From assembly GCA_964199315.1 (NCBI GenBank), contig OZ116699.1:13020001-13084000 (forward strand): a stretch of 64,000 nt of DNA, given 5' to 3'. The notes below the pieces were generated by a model. That model saw only the letters and a program-made list of their open reading frames with translations. It did not search any database and had not been told where the DNA came from. This document shows positions 12,060-23,369 of the stretch, one piece after another; position 1 is the stretch's first letter, and each line of letters begins with the position of its first letter. Origin of the DNA: Orbicella franksi. Its lineage: Eukaryota. The position numbers were made by a program, and so were the translations under genes.

Positions 12060-15000
12060 AGGGAGATCCCACCTTTATCACTGGAGGAGGGAGTAAGCAC
12101 TGCATTTGTAACACATGAAAATGGAGGGATGTCCTTATTGGGGATATCTCAATCTGGGAAAGGAAAGTGTTGTTTGGAAATCAGGGCTTGGGATGTCATG
12201 AGCTCACTTGGTTTTACTGCAAAGGAGATAACAGCTCAAGATGTTCAGAGGAATACAGTTAATGATGGCAAGTTTAAGTAAGTTAATTTGCACTACGCTG
12301 TAAGTTTGAGGCTCATGCAAATGTTCTTTGTAATGCTATTATTCAGTTTGTAAACTTGGAGTTGAAAGAGGACTCACAGGCATTGTTTAAAACGTGTATT
12401 ATGACATACAGCTGGAAATCTGAATTCTCTTGATAAAAAATATTTAATATTTAACTGCATGGTACCATACTAGTGTAACCATTTTTAGGTTACTGTAGAC
12501 TTTTGTTAAGAATTGCTTTTGTTCTCTTGGCTGCACATAAGAAACTCGCTTTTGCGCAAATTATAGTGAGTCGTACTTCATGAGTACATGTAATTTAAGG
12601 TTACTTCCCACCTTCGTGGGTGTACTTTGGGAAAAAAATCTCACGCGTGCCAGTTTCAATGAAACCCCAACAAACTATACATCAGAAGAAAGCTTACATG
12701 TAGTTTATGGTAAAAATACAATTTAAGTGAGTTTTTCTCTTAGGAAGTGCCAGGAGCCGGTAAGGCGTGAAATGACTGAAGGTTCTTCCATTGAATTTAT
12801 CGGCCATTAGATGCTTCCACACAAACGAAATGGCTGCATAGTCTTATTCACAAGGCATCAATCAACAAAAGTGTGTCTGGCTTTTTCGATATTCTGATTG
12901 GTTGTCTAGATATCCACATCTTAAGTTGGAGTAGCTAAAAATATACGAGACGTGTTGCGTAAATGGACACCACGGGAAAAATATGTTAAATATCAAAATT
13001 TTCTGACGCACTTTCGTTTGTCATTATCCCTGGAATGTTCTGGCAAAATTTCGTGACAATCTATCAATTCTGCATACCCTATAAATTTGCTCAGAGTGGA
13101 GGTATTCCTCCCAAAATTAAATGCGAGATTTTAGCTTGTTAAGATTTGTAAACAACTCGCGCCTCACCAGGAGATTATCTTGCCTTATGAAACCGCAAAC
13201 CAATGGAACAACAGGACCTCCTAGTGTCAATGACAATGGATCATGATTTCCTGGGAAAAGCATCATATTGAAGCACGTTTTCTATCTCGCTGTAGCATTG
13301 AAGAGAAAGACACTACAACGGGCAAAGTAACCAAAGGCAAAAGAGCAAATACCAGATAACATAAAACATGAGCCCCAAGATGAGCGTTTGCCGTGAAAAT
13401 TTCCCTTTGTAGTTTCATCCATTTAGCGATTATGACACCTTCTAGGTTTATAAACTTTATTTGAAAATACGTTTTTTTCTAAATAACTGGCCCACTTTTT
13501 GAGATTTTGTCAACGGTTGAAAGAAAAAACGATTTTTTGTGCCCTTATAGGTGGGAAGTAAGCTTAATAGAGAAAAGGCTGAACCATATTGACACATTAA
13601 AACTGGATGATCAAGTTTTGACTGCAAGTTGGATAAAACTTTTTACATGTGTAACTGGTGTACATTGTATACATGTACAGTTTACATGTAGTTGAGCAGA
13701 AGATGAAAAATAGACACTCACTACTGTACATATTTTTGTGGTCCTTATTTTGTTTAGAGCTGTTGTCAATCTTCCAGAGGCTCTAGGAACACACTTCTCT
13801 TTAAAGGCTGCATTTGTAAGGGAATTTGTATCGGTAGCTATCTCATCAGGATTGATTATTTTATGGAAATGTAGAAAGGTAACCAAATGCTTCTCTTTTT
13901 ACTAGGTACTGTAGTGTAACCTGATATACATGTACATCTGTATGTAGATCATATAAATTGCTTTGCTTGTTTTACTGATGATTTATTAATAATGAAAGCA
14001 GAGTGGAATATTGGTGAAGCAATGCTGTGCTGGTACATGTATTTTGTGCTTCTGTGTTGCTTTTCTTGTACTACTGTAGTAGTGGAGTGAGGGTGAGTGG
14101 GTGGTGTCATAGGTCAACCCTTGCACTGTGAGCATTAGTGCTTGATATTTTATTCTAAATATCTTCCTCTACAGGTAGAAAATCTAACAATCACCCTTGA
14201 ATTAGTTTCTGTGATGAAGTCATCTATGACCATTCAAGACATTGCATTTGTGCTGGATGAAAACACTTCAAAGAAAGGTACTTTTGATAATTGAACATTT
14301 ACATGTTAGTATAAAATTTAAAACAGAAGTGAAGCATTTCTAATCAGTTAGTTATGAGATGTCCATAGCTTTCATTTCTGTAGGTTAATTACTTGTGCAT
14401 GTATGTTGCAATCTTACTAGCGTCTAATAAGTACACTGTAATTCCTTGAAAGACATTTCCACATGTATTTCTTGGTTTATTTTGTTTTCCAAGACCTCTT
14501 AGCTGCTTTTCAAAATTAACAAATTGAGATCAGTTTTTTATATGTCTGTCCTCTTATTGATGATAAATTGTGTCATAACAGTGTCAAAGTAGCTGAGGAA
14601 CCACGAGCCACAGGTGAGTGGTTCCACAGTAAACTTTGACAATGCTATGACAAAACTGATCATCAATAAGAGGACAGATGCATAAAAAACTTTTTTTTTT
14701 TACAATAACAAGACCACAAAATGGTTAAATGCTGGGAACAAATGAGGGGAAAAGATTCCATAAACTTACCATAAACAAAGTGAATTTTAATCAAAATGAC
14801 GCAAACATTGTCAATAGCTTTTCTTGCTTTTTGATTGGCTACTTAAAAAGTCCATAAAATCTCATTGGTTAAAAAGTTGACAGTTTGGCAGCTGAAAGCT
14901 TGCATAAATTAAAATTTTATCCATCTGTACTCTTATTGATGATAAAATTAGCCAGTCAGCGCACGAGAAATTAGACAGTTATTGCAAAATTGTGTTTTGT

Positions 15001-18000
15001 CAACAATAAGGATGCAACAGGTGACATGTGTTTACTTAGAAAGTGAACAAGCCAACAGCATTTTGAGAATATCTGTGCAAACAAAGTCTGAAAAATGAGA
15101 ATGATATGTATCTTGCATCACTTTAACAATTAACCACTCAAATGTCATTTTGAAATCCAGAGCAGATTTTACTTTACATCCGCCATTTATTATATGAAGT
15201 ACCCAGGATTCATGTTAATTTACAGTAGACATCTGGAATGGCAAAAATGTCATACTGTGCTTTAACAAGGATGACATGAACAATTGCAACAACTATCCTC
15301 AGTATTATTGGGAAGCTCTTCACTTGGGTTGCACTGATGAGGCTCTAAGGACAGTACTTGTAGCAAAAGTTTACCCTGAAATGGAGTGTGGATTCCATGC
15401 AGATAGGTCCACCATTGACGTAGTCTTTTCCATCAGACAGCTACAGGAGAAATGCAGGGAACAGAGGCAGCCACTCTTTGTAGCGATCTTAAGAAAGGTC
15501 TTTGATCTTGTCGACAGGGATGCACTCTTCAAGATACTCCTCAAGACTGGATGTCCATTGAGACTCCTGAAAATCATCAGGTCTTTCCATGAAGACATGA
15601 AGGGCACTATGGTGGTTGACGGTTCAACATCAGATGCCTTTGACACCCAAAGTGGAGTGAAACAGGGCTGTGTCCTAGCGCCCACCCTGTTTGGTATCTT
15701 CTCTGCTGTTTTGCGGAAACATGCCTCTGGATCTGCCACAGCAGGTTTCTACCTCTGGGCTGGCCAGGTCAAATGGAAAGCTCTTCAACTTCTTCAGACT
15801 AAGAGCGAGGTCTAAAGGCCAGCTGAAATGCCTGCATGACTTTCTATTTGCTGAGTGCGCAGCAGTTACTGCCCACTCTGCTAAAGATCTTCAGCCCCAA
15901 GATGAACCACTTCAGCAGTGCATGCCAAGAGTTCAGGCTATCCATCAGCCTGAAGAAGACGCAAGTCATGAGACAAGATGTGGATCTGATCTGTGGATCT
16001 GGGCTCAACAATCTCAGATTCCATTACTGTTGACATGGAGCTCAACAAATGAATTGATAAGGCCTCCAACACGTTGTCCAGGCTGACAAAGAGAGTATGG
16101 TCAAACAAGAAACTGGTGGTACACACGATAACACAGGTCTTCAAAGCCTACATCGTGAGCACCCTCCTGTATGGCAGTGAGTGCTGGACCCTTTGAGCCT
16201 GGCAGAGTGAAAGCTTAGACAAAATCCGATAGGAAATCGAGTACTTTCAGTTTTAAGTGGACAAAAATCTTGTACCAGAATAATTTAAGTATATTTCAGT
16301 CCTTTTTGCATATTCAAAAAGTTTATTTAAGATATAAGTAGTTGTCTGAAATAACACCAAAAACAATTTCCCATGGGAACTCGAGGAAATAAATTAAATG
16401 ATTTTGAAGTTCAGAGAAATTGTATAAACACAGGTAAAATGTGACCCTCAATATGAAAGCACGTTATGAAACATGGCAATTTGTATAAAAGTGGGTTTCC
16501 AAAGGGTTTCAAAGTCCTAAAACCGGGTTTCCAAAGGGTTTCTAAAGAGTTTGCAGAGGGTTTCCAAAGATTTTGCAAAGGGTTTCTAAAGAGTTTGGAA
16601 AGGGTTTCTAAAGAGTTTGCAAAGGGTTTCTAAAGGGTTTCTGAAGTGTTTTCAAAGGGTTTCAAACTTCTGAAACCGGGTTTCTAAAGAGTTTCCAAAG
16701 GGTTTTTAAAAGCATTTGCAGCAGGTTTAAAAAGAGTTATCAAAGGGTGTTTTACTGTTTTTAAGGCAATCCAAATGGGTTTCCAATCCTATCATCAGTT
16801 TCATTTCACCAGTACTTTCAAGTGTTTTTCGTAGGAACTTCAAACTTTGTTTTTGATGTTTGATGTTGTTAAAAGTGATTTCTTTTGAGAAGACATTCAA
16901 AACAGTCACACTGAAGTTTGCAATACATTGTTTACAAATAATCTTGGTACAAAGTTTTTGTCCACTTGTTACTCGAACTTCTGGTGGATTCCCTCTTAAT
17001 GCTTTCCACATGCGTTATGTATACTATATATGCTACAATATACTAAATATTACCTGGCAAGACAGGTATGCGCTGGCTGGGCCATGTACATGTACAGTAT
17101 AGTGTACACGGATGATGGCTGCATCCCCAAGAATTACCCTAGAGGCAGGTCACAGCTACGTTTTAAGGACGTCTGCAAAAGGGACCTTAAGGCCCTGAGC
17201 ATCAGTGCAGTGCAGAAAGGCCTCTCCAGCCTTGAGGCAATGCCTGCCCAGCAGTCCAAGGAGAAGAGGCAGAAAAGGAAAGGTCGAAGACAGGGAGGGA
17301 GACCACCACCAGTCTTTGTCTGCAGTTGCTGTGGGAAGGACTGCTATTCCTGCATTGGTTTGTCCAGCCACACCTGGGGCTGTACCACAACCTCTATCCA
17401 GAGCACCACTCCATAGTCTCTAAGACTGACAGATGCCAATTATATACTTGTTTGTTAGATCATAAGAGCAGCTAAGAGGGCTTGTATTGTCTAGTCCTTT
17501 GAGCTGCTGTCATTCTTTTTTTGTTTTTTGCATCAGATTGTTAGATATTATCATGCCTGCAATGAATAACACTTTTTTCCTTTTTGTTAGGTCCTCCATC
17601 TTTAGTGGTTGGTGAATCAGGGGGAGTCAAACTGTATTCTGTCACACAACATACTGGTACAATACATAACTAGACTTTTTTTGCTTTAATTAAGTGCATT
17701 TTTACAGCTGGCAATGCTTTCATAGCTAAACCATGAGAAATAGAAATGTTTCAAAACATTAATGTTGTTGTTACGAATCCAGAGTACTGTGAAATTACCA
17801 GTGAAAACCACAAATTTGTAAGTTGGCATTTTCAGCCAAAAGTTATCCTACTCGTCCTGTTGTCCAGTTTAGATTCAAGTTGTTGTTGTTTTTTTAACTT
17901 CTGAGGGGTGGTTTAATTCTTGCTCTGAGTTGGGATCATAATGTTCAATTGTACCGTATATTTACACTGTGGACTGTGTGAAGTTGTTAGTAAATAATTT

Positions 18001-21000
18001 AATGTCACCCAGTAGTCAGTAAAATTACATTCCTGTACATTATTTTACACATTTTGACAGGGCTGATTAATATTTACATGTATTTCTAATGCGGCACCTT
18101 TAAGTATTTGATTTGCCATTCTCCAGTCTTTACACCTACAGGTGTAAGGTGTGTTGCTTAAGATTAGAACTTAGAGATTCTGTCCAGGACTTCAATTCAG
18201 TAAAATTACATTAACACATTTTGACAGGGCTGATTAATATTGTTTTATCTTTAATGCTGCACCTCAGCATTTGACTTGCTGTTCCCCTGTGCATACACCT
18301 ACAGGTGTAAGGGTGTTGCTTAAGGACGTTTGTGCCCAAAATTTTTTTAAAACTTGCCATGCAGTTAGTTAAAGACCAACTTTGGCCAAAAAGGCAATAA
18401 AGCGGGAGGGGGAAGGGGGGGAGGGGGGAGAGTCATCACCGGGTCCATTTTTTAGCTAAGGCACATTGAAGACCATGCGTTTTTAGAGGCTTTCATTATT
18501 TTAGGACAATCTTAGCTTACAACTATAGGGAATCTAGTAAAAGAAGCTACATTTAGTGACATTTAGATCAGGTAAACATACTCAATTCAACACAGCAAGG
18601 TCTATGAAGTACAGTAAACCTTTGCAGTTGACTCATTCCTTGAGTTAGGATAGGCCTCGGAAAAGAATCCATATTAGTCTTGCCCATCCATGTTTGAAGA
18701 AAACTTCGGTCCCACAAATACAGATAAGGCAAAATATTTTTTACTTCTTGCATATAGATTTTGTCTGTTTCTTGTTAAAATGGAGAAAATCAATGAAGGA
18801 AATGATCTGTATAAAGAAAAGACTGGTTCACTGACCATGTAAAAGGGTAAACTGCAAGTGAAGTTAATGGAACTTTTACCAAGCCCTACACTTGCTTATA
18901 TTTCTTCCCTAGTACAGGTGCCTGATGTATGAAATGGCGTGATGTTGCAACGTGAATTACGCGCGCAGTAAGCATGCGCAGATACAGTGGGCACGAACAA
19001 CCTTTAGATTAGAATGCAGTGATTCAGGCCAGGGCTTCAACCCAGAGTACTCAACCCAGAATCCAGCACATGAACTTTTAGGCCATGGTGTACCCAAACA
19101 TTGATTGTTGTTGATAGCAACATCATAATGTAACTATGGGGACGGGGATGGGGGTGGCGAGGGGGTAGTGCGGTAGTGATAATGATTGTCAGGTTAGTAC
19201 ATCATTGGTATGGCTAGCCAGAAGGGAAAGTCCAAAAGTTGGTTTTCGTTGTAGATTGTAATAGTTTACAGTTACAGTTCATTTGCTTTTCAGATGTAAA
19301 CTCTGAGGATGGTGATGTAAAGTTTGTCACTAGTCATATCCCCTTTCCTTCATCAGAAATTGGAAATACTGTGCAAGGTTGGTATTACTTTAGAGGGCGA
19401 ATAATGTACTCTCTGTGACCACTGCGTTGCTAAGATGAATCAAAGAAGTTTGGTTGAGAAAAGAAAAACAGGGTTGCTTGAGGCTTGTGTGGTTGTTGAG
19501 TGCTTGGCCTACACCTACCAACCTCTGTCCTACAAATACAGTGTGTATAGTACACTTGAAAAAAACGTTCGTGATTAACATACAAAAACTTCTTTGTGTT
19601 TGTTTATTGCTTGTTTAAAATTACTAGATTGATGTATACATGTACACCCAACGAACATCTGCAAGTTCTCTATAGATACATGTAAAACATCTTCAGTTTG
19701 AACATAGTTTGTGGAAGGGAACCTCCACTAACTATGGTTTGAACATCAGTCCTGTGTCAGGCTTTCTAATATTAACCATCATTGTATGGAGGAGGGCAGA
19801 AGCCGCTACTATATCTGTCATTTGTACATTTATTTGGTCAGGGAAATTTTATTTTTACCGGGAAAAGTCAGCGAGTTTTGACAAGTGATGTCTGTGGTAA
19901 CCATGCCTGGGTTGTTCTGCCTTATTGAAACATTTAATGGAAATTTTTGCAATGTTAGGAAATCTGAAATTATTCTGAATTTTTTTTTCCTGCTGTAGAT
20001 ATCCAGCGTGCATCGGCAGATAGTTGTGTTTTGTGTGACAGCTCTGGTGACCTGTGGTACTTTCACCCTCCTCATCTGCAACAGATCATGCTACCCAGTA
20101 GTCAAGGTGGCCACAGTGTTTTCGCTGTCCAGGCGAAACATGGTCAGACGGAAGGTTAGTTTAGTTCTGTAACAGTTTGCTATCTTTATATCATGTAACG
20201 GAGATTTTGATAGTTTCTTGCAAGGTAAGATATAAGTTATGTGGTTGAAATTGGATTTGGACCATTTTGTTTTTCTCTCTTCTACATCTAAGGAGTATCA
20301 GACAGATGAAACTGGAGGAAACTGGATAAATTACAGTAAAAACATAGTTCAAATTTAACTGACCAGAACATGCCAAAATCGTTATAGAATATGTAAGCCC
20401 CTCCTCCACCTTACGGTATGAATATGTCAGCTAATGTCCTCCTTATTGAGAATAAAGAGTTATTAGCTACATCATGTACGCTTCATGTCGTGATGAGCCA
20501 GGTAATAGGGAGCTTAAGCAAACCACGACGACGACGGCAACGAGAACGTCACCAAACAAAACGTTTAATGAGCAAAACAATGGCTGTGTGCGTGCGTTAT
20601 AAATCTTGGTACATTTCTTTGCGGTCCTCTGCAAAACAAAAGCGTGAAATGACCAAATGGAACGCGACGGATGAGGCCTAATTTTGCTTCCTTTCATTTG
20701 GACCTGAACGCTGTCATTGCATATTTAGCCTGAGTACGTTTTCAGAGCCATTGGCGTACTGAACAGATCTAGACAATAGCGAATTTCGCCTGTAAAATAC
20801 AAATTCATTTTTGAATAGGCGTCGTTCCCGGCGTCACCGTCGTCGTTGCTTAAGCTCCCTAGTATTCTTTTGTGAAGCTTGACAATTTGTTGTGTGAGAA
20901 ATGCTGTTTAGGATTATTTATTATTATTTGATCAAATGATCCCGGGTTGATTCTACGAAGCCAACAGTCTGTGTGTAGACTGTAGACAACACAATACAGG

Positions 21001-21318
21001 TGTACATCGAAACCAGCGCGGTGACGGTATTAAATCTAACAGAAACTCTGAAAGGTTCATATTCCTTCTTTAATAGGATGGCTTGCAACAGTCAATCAAG
21101 GCCAGACTATTAACCTTTACAAACTTTCTGATGTGATAAAGAGCACAGCGGCAGGATTGATTACACAGCCCTGGCATATGATTCTATCCCAACAGCCCAT
21201 TAGTGCACTGTCATTCATTGAGGACAATGTGTTAGCTGCTGGCTCAAACTCTGTCAAATCTGTCTCATTGTGGGTTGGGATTGACAACATAGGCTCCACT
21301 AGACTGGAGACTGGATGA
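12060..21318 (+). CDS. Uncharacterised WD40/beta-propeller-like protein (7 well-supported exons, ~329 aa; 5' end unresolved)
   Basis: Phase-consistent GT-AG exons 12060-12277, 13758-13878, 14175-14277, 17591-17656, 19294-19377, 19999-20154 and 21077-21318 (TGA) give a stop-free frame. WD-like blade ends: CLEIRAWDV, SSGLIILWKC, ESGGVKLYSV, CDSSGDLWYF, QGQTINLYKL, GSNSVKSVSLW. No family recognised. Confidence 0.72.
14531..14690. repeat. Long hairpin (palindromic MITE-like repeat); a third partial arm near 14920-14950
   Basis: GTTTTTTAT..TCTGTCCTCTTATTGATGAT..GTCAAAGT..GGAACCAC mirrored by GTGGTTCC..ACTTTGAC..ATCATCAATAAGAGGACAGA..ATAAAAAAC. Confidence 0.7.
15300..17450 (+). mobile_element. 5'-truncated, frameshifted RTE-clade LINE (RT domain to 3' end), interrupted by an insertion at 16218-16995
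   Basis: YPEMECGF...RSTIDVVFSIRQLQEKCREQ, SGVKQGCVLAPTLF, mutated LFA(DD)AA = LFAECAA, STLLYGSECW. After the insertion: LNAFHMR, ITWQDR, LRFKDVCKRDLK, a C-terminal CxxC...H knuckle and an RTE-like TAGTCTCTAAGACTGACAGATGCC tail. Confidence 0.9.
16218..16995. mobile_element. Foldback-type non-autonomous element nested in the RTE, TTA target duplication, internal AAGGGTTT(C/T)AAAGAGTTT tandem array (~16490-16740)
   Basis: TTA at 16215-16217 and 16996-16998; removing the insert restores AAG CTT AAT GCT TTC CAC ATG (KLNAFHM). The imperfect arm GTGGACAAAAATCTTGTACCA matches the reverse complement of TGGTACAAAGTTTTTGTCCAC. Confidence 0.75.
18017..18324. repeat. Diverged local direct duplication (~130-145 bp x2)
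   Basis: CAGTAAAATTACATT...ACACATTTTGACAGGGCTGATTAATAT...ACACCTACAGGTGTAAGG...GTTGCTTAAG occurs at ~18017-18162 and ~18198-18324. Confidence 0.85.
19026..19090 (-). mobile_element. Degenerate tRNA-derived SINE 5' fragment
   Basis: The reverse strand reads TGGCCTAAAAG...GCTGGATTCTGGGTTGAGTACTCTGGGTTGAAGCCCTGGCC, with A-box-like and B-box-like spacing. Confidence 0.4.
20508..20859. mobile_element. MITE with TA target duplication (Tc1/mariner-type ends)
   Basis: TA|GGGAGCTTAAGCAA...TTGCTTAAGCTCCC|TA; subterminal ACGACGACGG / CCGTCGTCGT. Confidence 0.85.
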
Positions 21319-21627
21319 CTCTGCTTCATCTGGTGATCTACTTTAGCTGCTTCGGCTACGGTTAAATTTAACACGGTCGCCATTTGGAACGCCCCGGAGC
21401 CATGTCTGGCCCCCTCCAGTGGAGTTATTTTACAAAACGCTGAACAAAGGTGGTAGCAGAAACCCATTACAGGCTGTCGGATGAAAGACATTAAGATACT
21501 TTTCGATACCCAATACTTCGTTCTCTTTTGTATATTTTTCTCAGCTATGTAGGTTTGACTTTTAAAATTTTGCACAGTCCCGAAAAAGAACAACGCAATT
21601 GTTGAGTATGGTGCTTCTGTTGTCATC

Positions 21628-21633
21628 AATAAA
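21628..21633 (+). terminator. Polyadenylation signal AATAAA for the beta-propeller gene
   Basis: AATAAA about 310 nt downstream of the TGA at 21318. Confidence 0.45.
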
Positions 21634-23296
21634 TATCACAGACTGAAATACAGTTTGGGTTTCTTTTGATCGTTCAGCAGGAAATGATGTGTCCGGGATC
21701 AAATTTTAAAAACTAGCCCGATGGACAACCTCGTTTCCAGTGTCTCTCATCTTACCGCCCCCTGGAGATGGAAAGATGGAAAGATCTTGGAACATGACCG
21801 AAACAGTTTTTGTTGGGGGCCTAGATCTACTCTAACCCGCCAAGGGCGAGTCAATGTTTATGGACTCCTACAAAATAAATATGCTCGTTGTTTTGTTTGC
21901 AAAGTTGTTCGTGCCAAGCAGGCGAGTTGAGGGAAGTTGGGCAAGATCCTTACGCTGAGTGCCTCTGAATGAGGAAAAGAAAGAACGTGGCAAAATGGAC
22001 ACGCCGCGGGAAAGTTGTTTATTGAAAGGTGTACCTTTATATAACGTCACAGTCCTGTAAAACCTTCTACGCAGCGAAGAAGACTAAGTCGTGTGAACTC
22101 AGCTAATTAAAGTGCTTCTGGGCATTTCATTGTTCACCACAGCCAAGCAGAACATTGAATGTTCTCGACGGGCGGTTTTATTGTTTCTTATTTGCTCAGC
22201 AACGCAAACCATGAAGGGAACTTGCAACCGTTCTAATCAGAACGTTTTGTCGAACAACTAAAATTAAACTAAGCATTGATTTTAGCTTGCTATGTTCTAT
22301 TAGTTTTTTCGTGGAATGTGAAATATGCCCTTTTAATTGCAGATGGTTGCGTGCCGAGTTCAGCTCAAGTCAATTTAACATTAAAAGGGTTAAAAAGTTA
22401 CTTTTGCGGTAACCCACTTTTTACACACTAACACGATGATAGGGTAATGGCCCATTAGTTTATTTATGAGGGTTCAATTGAAGACGTGATGAAAATGTTT
22501 TTTCACAAAGCCACATAGCTTGCGCGAGCTTGCGCAATCTTGTCATACGCAAACTCAGATCAAATCGTGACGTCATTAATGCCCACTGCAGCAGTCTCAG
22601 TTGAGCTGCATTACAATTCTTTTGTTTTCAACTGTAAACATGTTATGTCAACAAAAATCTTAAGCAATTTAAGGTGTCCTTCAAAAGCTTTGCTTATCTC
22701 ATTTCGTAGACAAGTTCCGTTTGCGCACGTTTTGAGTCGGTTCTTGAGGCTTTGCGGTGTGCGTGCGTCGCTGCATACAGATATTTTCAGGGGTCAAAAG
22801 CTACGCTCTACCTGGTGTTTTCTTAAGTTAATGGGCTACTCGAGGCTACTCATCGTGTTAAGAATATGACATTATCGCCAGGATGTGATCTGCATCCTTA
22901 TCAACCCAATTGTTTTACATAACCCTAATAAAAATATGCACTCAAATTTCTTGACCATGTCTAATCTCAATGTAAACAGGATCGAATTTAACTTCACCGG
23001 TCTATTTAAATCCATTGGCAATATACCTTAGTCTCTTTGACTTATGTCACCAGAATTGACTACACCCGGACAGGACACAGTATTCATTGATTTCGCTGCA
23101 AAGCGATTTGTTCGACTGATCGCACAATTGGATGTGACCTTTAAGCCACGGTTTATTAATTGCTTACTAAGCTGTGAAAAATTGTCAGTCTTTGAATCAC
23201 GATTTTATAAATTAAGTACACAGCGAAGATTTCAGCCGGAGACGACATTACACGACATACTCGAGAGTATTTTCCCGATTTTGCTTTCACTGCAAG

Positions 23297-23369
23297 ATGA
23301 AGAAACCGGACGAGGGCATTCTGCAAGCTGTAGCTGTTTTGTTGCTCTCTGCTCTCGCCTTAGCTCAAG
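23297..23369 (+). CDS. PKHD1L1: Exon 1: signal peptide of the fibrocystin-L-like protein
   Basis: ATG at 23297 gives MKKPDEGILQAVAVLLLSALALAQ(G): hydrophobic core plus A-x-A cleavage motif. It is followed by donor AG|GTAAC, phase 1, matching the exon at 23491. Confidence 0.85.

Noticed and set aside
12594-13140. TTAA-flanked Kolobok/piggyBac-like element (similar start at 18321)
   Set aside because: Could not define a matching right TIR or TSD.
16490-16740. Short repeats resembling a CRISPR-like array
   Set aside because: Repeats are contiguous and degenerate with no unique spacers, and the context is eukaryotic; this is a minisatellite inside a transposon.
21117-21629. 170-aa minus-strand ORF
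   Set aside because: Antisense shadow of the last exon and 3' UTR of the propeller gene. No recognisable motif or splice context; the + frame has a proper acceptor, phase match and poly(A) signal.
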